From Pyrinomonadaceae bacterium (GTDB lineage: Bacteria > Acidobacteriota > Blastocatellia > Pyrinomonadales > Pyrinomonadaceae): a stretch of DNA of 64,000 bases. The DNA lies in the NCBI GenBank assembly GCA_019694395.1, contig JAIBCC010000003.1, positions 1 through 64,000 of the forward strand. The letters are read 5' to 3'. Below the pieces are notes generated by a model, which saw only the letters and a list, made by a program, of their open reading frames with translations, was not told the DNA's origin and made no database searches. Made by a program: the position numbers and the translations under genes. Positions 9,445 to 18,420 of the stretch are shown here, piece by piece (the stretch's first letter is position 1; the number at the start of each line of letters is the position of its first letter).

Positions 9445-10488
9445 ATGTTCAAAGCAAGTAATTTATTTGCTCTTTTGGCTCTTTTTGTTTTAGTGGGTGT
9501 ATCTGCCAAAGCCCAAAATCCGTTACCGCAAAAGGAAAGAATTCCGATGACTCAAGGTTTTGAGATTTTCGACGATGGCGGCGGAAGTTATCTGGGCGTG
9601 CAAACTCAGGAAGTTACCAAAGAAAATTTCAGTAAACTTGGTCTTTCAAGTGTTCGTGGTGTGGCGATCGAAAAAGTTATGGAAGATTCGCCTGCGAAAC
9701 AAGCCGGATTACAGGATGGCGATGTAATTGTTCGTTTCAACGGAGAAGAGGTTTCCAGTTACCGCAAATTGACTCGTTTAATTGGCGAAACCGATCCCGA
9801 TCATCAGGCAAAAATTACTGTTGTTCGCGGTGGAAGCGAAAAAGAAGTAACCGTTACCATAGGCAAACGTCAGGCTCCAAAATTTGAAATGGGTAGTTTT
9901 GGTATGGTAATGCCCAAAATGCCGGAAAGTAGAGTTTTTGAAAGAAGAGGAATGCCCGAAGGCGGAGTATTTGAACGGTCAATGACAATTCCTGATGGTG
10001 AAAAAGGCGATGTTTTTGTTTGGGAAGGTGATGGAAAAGACGGTAATTTTGTCTTTGGCTCAACCAGACAAATTGGGGTTGGAGTTTCAAGTTTGACCAA
10101 ACAGCTCGGCGATTATTTTGGCATTGCTGATGGCAAAGGCATTTTAATTAATAACGTCAACGAAAATTCACCCGCCGCCAAAGCAGGTTTAAAAGCCGGT
10201 GATGTGATTGTCGAAGTTGAAGGAAAAGCTGTCACCAATACGATGGATTTAATTCGCGGAATCAGCGAAAAGAAAGAAGGTGATGTTACTCTGACCATTT
10301 TGCGTAACCGCAACCGTCAAACCGTTAAAGTTACACCGGAAAAAATGAAAGAAAGTGATACTCCTTTTAAAGTTTTCGGGACTCCGGGCGGAAGCGTTCA
10401 ACTGAGAACCGCACCGCAAGTTCGGATGGGAACTCCTGCAGTAAAAGTTGCTCCTGCCAGAGTAAAAGCGATTACCAGAGTTTTGTAA
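9445..10488 (+). CDS. Secreted protein with two PDZ domains
   Basis: Signal peptide present. Two PDZ-like segments: GVAIEKVMEDSPAKQAGLQDGDVIVRFNG and GILINNVNENSPAAKAGLKAGDVIVEVEG. Confidence 0.7.
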   Translation: MFKASNLFALLALFVLVGVSAKAQNPLPQKERIPMTQGFEIFDDGGGSYLGVQTQEVTKENFSKLGLSSVRGVAIEKVMEDSPAKQAGLQDGDVIVRFNGEEVSSYRKLTRLIGETDPDHQAKITVVRGGSEKEVTVTIGKRQAPKFEMGSFGMVMPKMPESRVFERRGMPEGGVFERSMTIPDGEKGDVFVWEGDGKDGNFVFGSTRQIGVGVSSLTKQLGDYFGIADGKGILINNVNENSPAAKAGLKAGDVIVEVEGKAVTNTMDLIRGISEKKEGDVTLTILRNRNRQTVKVTPEKMKESDTPFKVFGTPGGSVQLRTAPQVRMGTPAVKVAPARVKAITRVL

Positions 10489-10579
10489 ATTAAAGATTGT
10501 CGAAAGTCTGAAGGTCAAAGGTCAAAAGTCGAAGAACTTGAAATTAAATTTTCGAAGGCTTTTGACTTTTAACTTTTGA

Positions 10580-11170
10580 CTACTTTTTACTTTTAGCCGC
10601 TTCTTTGGCAAGCTCGTTGGCATCTTGACTCAAAGTGCGACCTTCTTCCATCAGTTTTTGGAAATTATCATCAAGCTCTTTAAATTTTGCCTTAGTTGTT
10701 TCAAGTTCTTTAGGATCGGATCCGCCAAATGAATCACGCAGGAGAATTGCCGATTTCCGACGATAATCAAAAGCATCAAGCTGTTTTCGCAGAGCTTGGG
10801 ATTTCATATCCAAATATTCTTTGTAAGTGTCATTAACGTTTAACTCTTTGGCTTCTTCGATTTTTTTATACGCCGATTCTCCAAGCGTGACTCCATTATC
10901 AATTTCGCTGACCAGATTTCCGGCAATTTCTTTAACCTTGGTAATTTCTTTATTGCTCATGGCGGCTTTTAATTCCTCGGTTTTCCCCATATTATCTTTG
11001 TAAATTGCCTTAATTTTTTTGAGGTCGTCATTTGCACTATTGATAATGTCAACCGCTTTTTGAGTATCGTCGGTGCTTAAAATATCAAAACCGCCGGAAT
11101 CAGACGATTTTCTCTGACACGCCGAAAAAAAGAGTGCGATTGATAGAATTGTAAGTAAAATTTTTTTCAT
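10580..11170 (-). CDS. Coiled-coil lipoprotein (hypothetical)
   Basis: Lipobox LFFSAC after the signal sequence and a charged coiled-coil-like body. Its start overlaps the upstream gene stop by 4 nt (ATGA). Confidence 0.55.
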   Translation of the reverse strand: MKKILLTILSIALFFSACQRKSSDSGGFDILSTDDTQKAVDIINSANDDLKKIKAIYKDNMGKTEELKAAMSNKEITKVKEIAGNLVSEIDNGVTLGESAYKKIEEAKELNVNDTYKEYLDMKSQALRKQLDAFDYRRKSAILLRDSFGGSDPKELETTKAKFKELDDNFQKLMEEGRTLSQDANELAKEAAKSKK

Positions 11171-12231
11171 TTCAGAAAACTGATTTCGCCTAAGGCTTTA
11201 CGCCTCCACACAAATCCATCCAAAACATAATGCGTAAATTGCGGTAAAGCCAGAAGGGGAACTAACAGTGTTTTCAGATTTTTCGACCATTCCCATTCAG
11301 AACCGAAAAGCCACAGCCGTTCGTGCCAAATTCCACGATGCCAGAAAAATTCCTCAATATAAGCCAGAAACCACAGCGTCGCTAAAAATATTAACCAATT
11401 TGCCGATAAAAAGCGATAAAAACTTGAAGCGGTTTCGCGCCGCGCCTTGGCATAAAAATAAACGATGGCGAAATAGGGAACTCCGTGAATTATGACGTTG
11501 GTGACAGTAAAGGCATAATCCGAATTAAAATAAACGATTCCGACATACCAGCAAATTGCTGTAGTCGCCACGACAATATCTTTTCCGACATTTAAAAAGC
11601 CCTCGGTAAAATAAAGATAAACGGATTTGGCAAAATAAGTTAGGAGTGAGAGAACATAAATTGGAAAAAGAATTTGTTCAATAAAATTCGGAATATCAAT
11701 AAAATCATTTTGCACAAACCATTCAAAATTTCTCGGCAACCTCGTCATCCAAAAAGCTAGCGGATAAATACTTGCCAAATAAATTGTGACGGCATCGATC
11801 CACCAAGTTAAACTACTGTTTTCTTTAGCCTTAGCCCGATAAAGATTAACCCAGCCATATTGCTGACGGACAAAATGAAAAACTGCAATATAGGCTAAAA
11901 CCCGCCAAAATGTTAGTGCAGATTCAGAATAAAGCGCAACTCCGATCAAATAACCGGAAATCGGAGCTAAAGTATAAAGCCAAATGCGGCGTTTAAATTC
12001 TTCGATGTCAAAATAAACCCGAAAGCTTGTTGCCCAAACGTGTGCGACATCAATCATCAAAACTGCCGTAATCCAAGTCCAATCCGGCGAATCTTCTTCT
12101 AAAAATCCCGCACTGGAACCAACTATCAGCAAAATAATTGCTGCCAATGCGCTTCCAAGAAAAACGCTCAGATCAATAGCCGGAGAAAAAAGCCATTTTG
12201 AATTGGATACTTCGCTATTCATTTCGGACAA
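11167..12231 (-). CDS. Polytopic integral membrane protein (hypothetical, 354 aa)
   Basis: Long ORF with many hydrophobic segments rich in W/Y/F. Translationally coupled to the downstream lipoprotein gene. Confidence 0.55.
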   Translation of the reverse strand: MSEMNSEVSNSKWLFSPAIDLSVFLGSALAAIILLIVGSSAGFLEEDSPDWTWITAVLMIDVAHVWATSFRVYFDIEEFKRRIWLYTLAPISGYLIGVALYSESALTFWRVLAYIAVFHFVRQQYGWVNLYRAKAKENSSLTWWIDAVTIYLASIYPLAFWMTRLPRNFEWFVQNDFIDIPNFIEQILFPIYVLSLLTYFAKSVYLYFTEGFLNVGKDIVVATTAICWYVGIVYFNSDYAFTVTNVIIHGVPYFAIVYFYAKARRETASSFYRFLSANWLIFLATLWFLAYIEEFFWHRGIWHERLWLFGSEWEWSKNLKTLLVPLLALPQFTHYVLDGFVWRRKALGEISFLK

Positions 12232-12380
12232 CTCAAATTTAACGCAAAGTTGGTGGAAGTAAAAGGGAAAAAGGAAAAGGTAAAGCTTTTTTCGTTTTCA
12301 AAAGAATTTACCTTATCGAATAGGTCAATCCTTCAAAAAAACGGAATTAGCTTTACCCTTTCTCTTTTACTTTTTACCTT

Positions 12381-13115
12381 TTAATTTTCCACTTCAACGA
12401 ATTTCGGCAATGAAATCGCTTTGTTCAGGAAAACACCAAATTCAGTATTTGGTTTAACGGTTGCTTCTTCGCCTTTGACCAACAAATCGGCAATGATCCC
12501 CGCGCCTGCACCTGCGCCGGCACCGATAGCAGTTCCGGCTCCGCCACCAGCGATTCCGCCAATGATCGCGCCAAGTCCGGCTCCGCCGCCGATGAAAATC
12601 ACCTTACGATTTTTCATTTTGTCGCCCGAAGCTGTTCCTTCGTTATCACTTTTTGCGCTATTGCTGGTTAATTCGGTTAAATCGCCGGAAATTGTATGTT
12701 TTGCTCCGGTAGGAGTTTTAATTTCAATAAAATCAACGTCAATCGAACCCGGTTTACCACCTTTCGCTGCCGGAGTTACCACTGTTACTTTGCCCGTCAC
12801 TGTAGAACCGACCGGCACCACGATCACTCCGCCGTTTCCATAAACAGGCTCAGTTACGGTAGTTGTAAAAAGGTCGCCGACTTTTGAAGTTTTTGAACTG
12901 ATCGTGCCGTTCATCCGAACCCGAATTACTGAACCTTGGTCAACTGCATAAAGTTTGATGACAGGCGCAGTTGGAGCCGTAGTTTTGGTGGTAGTTGTTT
13001 TTTTCAAAACAGGTTTTTTGCGGGTCGTGGTTTTTTTAGTTTGGGCAAACGCATCAACTGCCCCGATTGCCAAAAATAAAGTTAAAACTGTTGTAATGAT
13101 CCCTAATTTTTTCAT
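12381..13115 (-). CDS. Secreted protein with Thr/Lys-rich linker and C-terminal glycine-zipper segment
   Basis: Signal peptide, then a low-complexity TKKTTTRKKPVLKKTTTTKTT run. The C-terminal GGGAGLGAIIGGIAGGGAGTAIGAGAGAGAG is glycine-zipper-like. Confidence 0.55.
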   Translation of the reverse strand: MKKLGIITTVLTLFLAIGAVDAFAQTKKTTTRKKPVLKKTTTTKTTAPTAPVIKLYAVDQGSVIRVRMNGTISSKTSKVGDLFTTTVTEPVYGNGGVIVVPVGSTVTGKVTVVTPAAKGGKPGSIDVDFIEIKTPTGAKHTISGDLTELTSNSAKSDNEGTASGDKMKNRKVIFIGGGAGLGAIIGGIAGGGAGTAIGAGAGAGAGIIADLLVKGEEATVKPNTEFGVFLNKAISLPKFVEVEN

Positions 13116-13425
13116 TTCATATTCCTCACTTTTTCAAAAATTTGCTTCGGGGACAGTCGCGTTGCATATGACGCAGAAATCAATTTTTCCGTTGTCTCAG
13201 TTTGTTGAATGCAACCTTTAATTAAAAAATTAACACTAAAATAACAAAAAATAAATTATTGAAAATTTTTCCGGTATTTTCTTGAAAAAAAGTAATGATT
13301 AAATGTATATTCAAGCAACTAAATAAATTTCGTTTTTTCCTTTGAATGAGGTTGCCCTCAGTCCGAACCGGCTGAGGGTAAATAGCTTAAAAGAAGAAGT
13401 TTAACAAGTTTTTGCACTATTATAA

Positions 13426-13794
13426 GTGATTATGAAAATGACATTCCCCCAACAAGCATTTCTATTATTTTTGTTAAATCTCCTTGACGCGCTTTTGACG
13501 ATTTACTGGGTGCGAAACGGATTTGCCTCAGAAGGCAATCATTTAATGGCAAGTCTTTTGGATTTAGGGGATTTACCCTTTTTAGCGGTTAAGATAGCAA
13601 TCGGCGCATTAACGGCATTTGTTTTGTGGCGTTGGAAACATTCACCATTGGCAAAATATGGCTTGGCATTAGCGTTAATGGTTTATATTGGTTTAATGGG
13701 AATCCATTTTGTAACAGGACTTTCCGCCTTTGGATTTTTATCACAAACGACGGTCAATAATTTTAGTATTTGGGCAAATAATCTTTTTGCCTAA
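13426..13794 (+). CDS. Small integral membrane protein (hypothetical, 122 aa)
   Basis: Three to four predicted TM helices. No recognisable family. Confidence 0.45.
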   Translation: MIMKMTFPQQAFLLFLLNLLDALLTIYWVRNGFASEGNHLMASLLDLGDLPFLAVKIAIGALTAFVLWRWKHSPLAKYGLALALMVYIGLMGIHFVTGLSAFGFLSQTTVNNFSIWANNLFA

Positions 13795-14882
13795 GATATA
13801 TTTCGATAAATTTCCTCAGTTTCCTCGATCATTTTGTCTAAGCAGAATTTTTCTTTAGCAATAGTTTGCAAATTTTTCCCAAATTCCTCGCGCAATTTTT
13901 CATTAGCTAAAAATTCACAAATTTTTCCAGCTAATTTGGTCGGATTTTCAATCGGAACCAAATTTTCTTTTCCGATCAGTTCTTTTGCGCCTTCTGTTTC
14001 AGTCGCCGCAACCGGACAGCTGCTTGCCATTGCTTCCAAAATTGCCAGCCCGAAACTTTCGGAATGCGAAGGCGAAACAAACAAATCGCAAGCGTGAAGT
14101 AAAGTTGCCATATCCTCAACCCAATTTAGCCATAAAAATTTGTCTTCCAGACCGAAAACATTAACCAATCGTTTTAATTTACGGCGAAATGATTGGTCAA
14201 CCGAATTATCTTTGCCGACAATAACAAAATGGGTATCGGGAAATTTTTCTGCGACCAGTTGCGAAGCAATAATTAGATCTTCCTGCCCTTTGAGCGGAAT
14301 CAGCTCGCCAACCGCAGCGATCATCAGCGAATCAAACGGAATATTGTGTTCAAAACGAAATTCACGACGAAGGTTTTCACGCGGCGAATCAGAAAAATTT
14401 TCAATATTTATTCCATTTGAGATGATCGTAATTTTTTCAGCCGGAAAAAGTTTTTCCAATTGAGGTTTAACAGCGGAAGAAACCGCAATTGCTTTGGAAA
14501 GGTTTTTCAAAGCAAAGCGATAAAACGCTTTCATTGGGAAAAGAACGTGGCGCGTCAGAACAAATTTTGGTGATTTGGCAAGCCGGCACGCCAGGCTGGT
14601 GGGGAAATAATCACGGGCAAGATGTGCGTGGACAATTTCAATTTTGTGTTGATTAATGAATCTGGCAATTCGCTGTGCACTGAAAATTCCAATTGAATTG
14701 CGAATCGAAACCTCCAAAATATTTTCAGGGGGCAAAAAATTCAACCGTTCTTTCCAAACGCTGGTTGGACGAATGACCACAAAAACTTCGTGACCGCGAT
14801 TCTGCAAACCGTGACATAGATCAACGAAATGTTTTTCGCCGCCGCCGAAATTTTTTGCCGAACTGATATGCAAAATACGCAT
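13791..14882 (-). CDS. Glycosyltransferase family 4 (group 1)
   Basis: ORF of 363 aa. C-terminal FVSPSHSESFGLAILEAMASSCPVAATE matches the GT4 E-x7-E motif region. Confidence 0.8.
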   Translation of the reverse strand: MRILHISSAKNFGGGEKHFVDLCHGLQNRGHEVFVVIRPTSVWKERLNFLPPENILEVSIRNSIGIFSAQRIARFINQHKIEIVHAHLARDYFPTSLACRLAKSPKFVLTRHVLFPMKAFYRFALKNLSKAIAVSSAVKPQLEKLFPAEKITIISNGINIENFSDSPRENLRREFRFEHNIPFDSLMIAAVGELIPLKGQEDLIIASQLVAEKFPDTHFVIVGKDNSVDQSFRRKLKRLVNVFGLEDKFLWLNWVEDMATLLHACDLFVSPSHSESFGLAILEAMASSCPVAATETEGAKELIGKENLVPIENPTKLAGKICEFLANEKLREEFGKNLQTIAKEKFCLDKMIEETEEIYRNIS

Positions 14883-14883
14883 A

Positions 14884-15007
14884 AAGTAAAAAGTAAAAAG
14901 TAAAAAGTAAAAAAATTGGCTAAATTATAGCTTACGTTTGAATTAAAAGCATTCAACGATTTTATAAGATTTTTTATTTTGCCTTTTTACTTTTTACTTT
15001 TTACTTG
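14884..15007. repeat. Hairpin with arms made of (GTAAAA)n hexamer arrays between dapB stop and glycosyltransferase start
   Basis: Left arm aagtaaaaagtaaaaagtaaaaagtaaaaaaa (14884-14912). Right arm gcctttttactttttactttttacttg (14981-15007). The arms are reverse complements separated by about 68 nt. Confidence 0.7.
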
Positions 15008-15696
15008 AACATTTCATCCATCATTTGAGTAAATTCCCAAAAACCTTTTTTATCAACGATCCATTTTGCCGCCACGATTGCGCCTGAGGCAAAACCTTCG
15101 CGGGTGCGGGCAACGTGCGTCAGACAAATCTGGTCAGCCAAACCGTCAAAACCGACAATGTGTGTGCCCGGAATATTTCCGGCGCGAGTCGAACTGACGG
15201 AAAATTCACGGCTAACTTTTTCTTCAACTAAGGCTTTTAATTTCAGAGCTGTCCCGCTTGGTGCATCTTTTTTGCGGGAATGATGCTGTTCTTCGATAAA
15301 AGGCTCGTAATCGGGAAATTTGGCAAAAAGTTCAGAGGCTTGAGAAACTATCCGGTAAAAAATATTAACTCCAACAGAAAAATTCGCTCCGAAAATAAAT
15401 GCTCCGTCCGATTCTTCGACCAATTTTTTGATGCTTTCAAGCTCACTATTCCATCCGGTTGTGCCTTCGACTAAGGGAACTTTTGCCAACAAACAGGCTT
15501 CGACATTGCGGCGGACGGCTTCGGCTGTTGAAAAATCAATCGCAACATCTGCAATTTTTAATTTCTCCGCCAATTCATTTACCGAAAGATTTGCATCTCT
15601 TTCATCAATAATTTCAATGATTTCGTGGTTGTCATCGTAAGCCAGATTTTCGATGAGTCTTCCCATCACGCCGTGACCAATTAAAGCTATTTTCAT
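15001..15696 (-). CDS. dapB: 4-hydroxy-tetrahydrodipicolinate reductase
   Basis: ORF of 231 aa. N-terminal Rossmann segment MKIALIGHGVMGR and EEQHHSRKKDAPSGTAL match the DapB E(x)HHxxKxDAPSGTA signature. Confidence 0.85.
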   Translation of the reverse strand: MKIALIGHGVMGRLIENLAYDDNHEIIEIIDERDANLSVNELAEKLKIADVAIDFSTAEAVRRNVEACLLAKVPLVEGTTGWNSELESIKKLVEESDGAFIFGANFSVGVNIFYRIVSQASELFAKFPDYEPFIEEQHHSRKKDAPSGTALKLKALVEEKVSREFSVSSTRAGNIPGTHIVGFDGLADQICLTHVARTREGFASGAIVAAKWIVDKKGFWEFTQMMDEMFK

Positions 15697-15708
15697 AATT
15701 TTTTGATT

Positions 15709-16140
15709 TTACATAAACGCTTGTAATCTTTGCATCATTGCTGCTTTTGATTGTGCGCCGACAATACGGTCAACTTCTTCGCCGTTTTTGAAAATGATCA
15801 ATGTCGGAATGCTTTGCACCCGAAACTTTGACGCAGTGCGCGGATTTTTGTCCACATCCAATTTTCCTATTTTTACTTTTCCTGCTAATTCTTTTGCCAA
15901 AGCGTCAATGGTTGGCGCAATCATCTTACAAGGCGGACACCAGGTTGCCCAAAAATCAAGCAAAACGGGGATTTTTGAGTTTTCAATTTCGGCGGCAAAA
16001 TTTCCGTCAGTAATCATAATTGGTGAAACTGAAACAATTAAAGGACTTTTGCATTTTCCGCAAATTGCTTGTTTTTCAGAATTAAGCGCAACCCGATTTT
16101 TGGCACCACAATTTTGACAAGTAACGATTTGTTTTTCCAT
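15709..16140 (-). CDS. trxC: Thioredoxin with N-terminal zinc-finger extension (thioredoxin-2 type)
   Basis: CQNCGAKNRV...CGKCKSPL zinc-finger followed by WATWCPPCKMIAP (WCxPC active site). Confidence 0.8.
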   Translation of the reverse strand: MEKQIVTCQNCGAKNRVALNSEKQAICGKCKSPLIVSVSPIMITDGNFAAEIENSKIPVLLDFWATWCPPCKMIAPTIDALAKELAGKVKIGKLDVDKNPRTASKFRVQSIPTLIIFKNGEEVDRIVGAQSKAAMMQRLQAFM

Positions 16141-16280
16141 TTTTACTTCCCCTTTTTCTTACGATTAAAGATTACCAAAACTTTTTTCCAAATAACAAAA
16201 CCGAACCTATTGACTTTTCATTTCAAACTAAAGTATAAAACACTCAAACTAAAATTTAGAGAGTTAAGTTTGAGACCATC

Positions 16281-17360
16281 GTGTTTTTAAACCGTAATTT
16301 TATCAAACGGATTCGCTATCGCTTATTTGTTTACTTTGGGATTTCTCTGATCTCGGTTTCCTGTAGTTTATTTTGGCAGCAAAAACCCGAAGTAAATCAA
16401 GCGAAAAGCATCGAAAAAGTTGTCGAAACCCGGGTTAGTTTTCTGGCGGTTGGGGATATTATGCTCTCGCGCGGAGTGGCGCGGGCGATCTCGCGTTCCG
16501 GCGAAACAACTTCTCCGTTTGAAAAAAAGCAAGATGTTTTTCAATCAACCGACTTTAATTTTGGCAATCTGGAATCGCCGATTTCGGGTAAAAACGATGT
16601 TTTAGGAAAAGGCTTGGTCTTTAATGCCGATACCGAAAACATCGCCGGATTAAAGAAATTTAATTTCAAAATTCTAAATCTCGCCAATAATCACGCTTTT
16701 GACCAAGGGTTAAGCGGATTGTTCCGCACACACGAGTTTTTAAAAGAAGAAAAACTCGGATTTATCGGAACGGGCGAAAATCTGGAAGCGGCGTGGCAAC
16801 CGAAAATCATTGTAGTTAATGGAGTCAGGATCGGTTTTATCGGAGCTTCGTATTCATCTTTTAATGATGGCGGGACTCAGCGTAACGAAAATGTAGCCCG
16901 AATCGAAGACACGGAAAAACTCAAACGAGCCATTAAAATTTTGCAGATCAAAAAAGTGGATTTTATTGTGGCGACAATGCACGCCGGAGATGAATACACG
17001 CGTCATCCGAACGCTTCACAGATAAATTTTGCCCGCACAGCGATCGATTTTGGCGCGGATATTGTCATTGGCGGACATCCGCACTGGATTCAAACGATGG
17101 AAAAATACAAAGATAAATATATTTTCTATTCGTTGGGAAATTTTATCTTTGACCAGACTTTCAGCCGTGACACAACCGAAGGCTTAACACTGAAAATTAC
17201 TTTGAAAAATCGGAAATCTTCCGTTTCGCAAACCCAAATCGAACAAATAGAATTACTTCCGGTTATCATCGAAAACGCCAGCACACCGCGCCTTGCCAAT
17301 GAAAGGGAAGCAGCTCAGATTTTGCAAAAAATTGGTCTGAATGAAAGAATTTTGAAATAA
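16281..17360 (+). CDS. CapA-family metallophosphatase (poly-gamma-glutamate capsule biosynthesis-like)
   Basis: ORF of 359 aa. CapA-type motifs are present: VGDIMLSRGV, NLANNHAFD, VATMHAGDEY, GGHPHWIQ. Confidence 0.75.
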   Translation: MFLNRNFIKRIRYRLFVYFGISLISVSCSLFWQQKPEVNQAKSIEKVVETRVSFLAVGDIMLSRGVARAISRSGETTSPFEKKQDVFQSTDFNFGNLESPISGKNDVLGKGLVFNADTENIAGLKKFNFKILNLANNHAFDQGLSGLFRTHEFLKEEKLGFIGTGENLEAAWQPKIIVVNGVRIGFIGASYSSFNDGGTQRNENVARIEDTEKLKRAIKILQIKKVDFIVATMHAGDEYTRHPNASQINFARTAIDFGADIVIGGHPHWIQTMEKYKDKYIFYSLGNFIFDQTFSRDTTEGLTLKITLKNRKSSVSQTQIEQIELLPVIIENASTPRLANEREAAQILQKIGLNERILK

Positions 17361-17362
17361 AA

Positions 17363-17458
17363 TTTGCCCGCGAAACACACGAAATACACGAAAAGAAAAA
17401 GAAGAGCTTTTGAGAAAATTGTTTTTTTTCGCGTCTTTTAGCGTATTTCGCGGGCAAA
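17363..17458. terminator. Bidirectional terminator hairpin between convergent genes (GCCCGCGAAA repeat-arm family)
   Basis: Arms tttgcccgcgaaacacacgaaatacacgaaaag (17363-17393) and cgcgtcttttagcgtatttcgcgggcaaaaa (17428-17458) are reverse-complementary. The element lies between the + gene ending at 17360 and the - gene ending at 17482. Confidence 0.55.
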
Positions 17459-17481
17459 AACCTAACCCAACATTTTTTCAA

Positions 17482-17922
17482 TTACGCCAAAATTTGTGTT
17501 GTTTTAACTTTTTTCAAATTATAAATTGCCAATCCAAATATGATTAGAGCAATTACGATTTGGATTTCCCAAATTTCAAGAGGATTTTCGTTAAAAGAAA
17601 ATGTTTGTAGATAGTTTGTGAATTCAGACAGTCCGTTTTTTTGAATAAAACTCGACAACATCCAAATCCACACAAAAGAAAAATATCCGCTCAGAAGAAT
17701 TGAAATCGTTTTAGTCATCCAATGCTGTATAAACAATAGATACGCAGCAATCAATAGTAAAAACGCCTCAATCGGAAAATTGTTGCTGAAATACCAGGGA
17801 CACGCGATACCACTGCAACCCTTTGAATTTTGTTGGATAATCCAGAAGAAATTATAAAAAGCGATGCCAAAAATAATGATTTTCGGCAAACTTTTCACAA
17901 AATTATTCTGGGTTATTTTCAT
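17482..17922 (-). CDS. Small integral membrane protein (hypothetical, 146 aa)
   Basis: Four hydrophobic helices. No recognisable family. Confidence 0.45.
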   Translation of the reverse strand: MKITQNNFVKSLPKIIIFGIAFYNFFWIIQQNSKGCSGIACPWYFSNNFPIEAFLLLIAAYLLFIQHWMTKTISILLSGYFSFVWIWMLSSFIQKNGLSEFTNYLQTFSFNENPLEIWEIQIVIALIIFGLAIYNLKKVKTTQILA

Positions 17923-17983
17923 CTTAGATTAATTGGCTAACATCTTTTCAATCACGCCGTAACTTTTTTCGTAACTTATTGAG

Positions 17984-18418
17984 TTAGTCACATATAAATC
18001 CCAAATAGAGATTTTTTTCAAGAGCTTGATTAAAAGCGTAAGTTAATTTTCGCAAAGTTAAAATTGCAGTTTCGGAATTCACCAATGATTGCATTTTTTG
18101 ACATTCAGCTAAAAATTCCCTAACCTCACTTGGACTAAAGAAATAAACCTCATAGTCATCATAGTATTTTCCAAACCATTCAAATTGGGGAAAATTCTCA
18201 TGGAAAAGACTTAATCTGAATTCAATCTTTTCCAACCCTATTTCGCTTGTGTCAACTTCGATTTCTTTGCTCAATAAAACTTCTGCTCGTATAGCTTCAA
18301 AATTAGAGCTATCAACACTGATGTTCAAGTTTTCCCCAAAAGTTCCATCAAGTCCGGCTTCGGTTTGAAGCATCAAATCTAAAGTTCCGTTGGCATATTT
18401 CCCGAAAATATCGTCCAT
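17984..18418 (-). CDS. Hypothetical cytoplasmic protein (144 aa) directly downstream of alaS
   Basis: ORF starts 3 bp after the alaS stop, so it is probably co-transcribed. No family recognised. Confidence 0.45.
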   Translation of the reverse strand: MDDIFGKYANGTLDLMLQTEAGLDGTFGENLNISVDSSNFEAIRAEVLLSKEIEVDTSEIGLEKIEFRLSLFHENFPQFEWFGKYYDDYEVYFFSPSEVREFLAECQKMQSLVNSETAILTLRKLTYAFNQALEKNLYLGFICD

Positions 18419-18420
18419 TA

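Noticed and set aside
14884-14912. Possible CRISPR array suggested by tandem short repeats (GTAAAA)n and similar arrays
   Set aside because: Repeat units are only 6-9 nt with no unique spacers, and arrays are under 40 nt. They pair with a complementary array to form hairpins. No cas genes are present.
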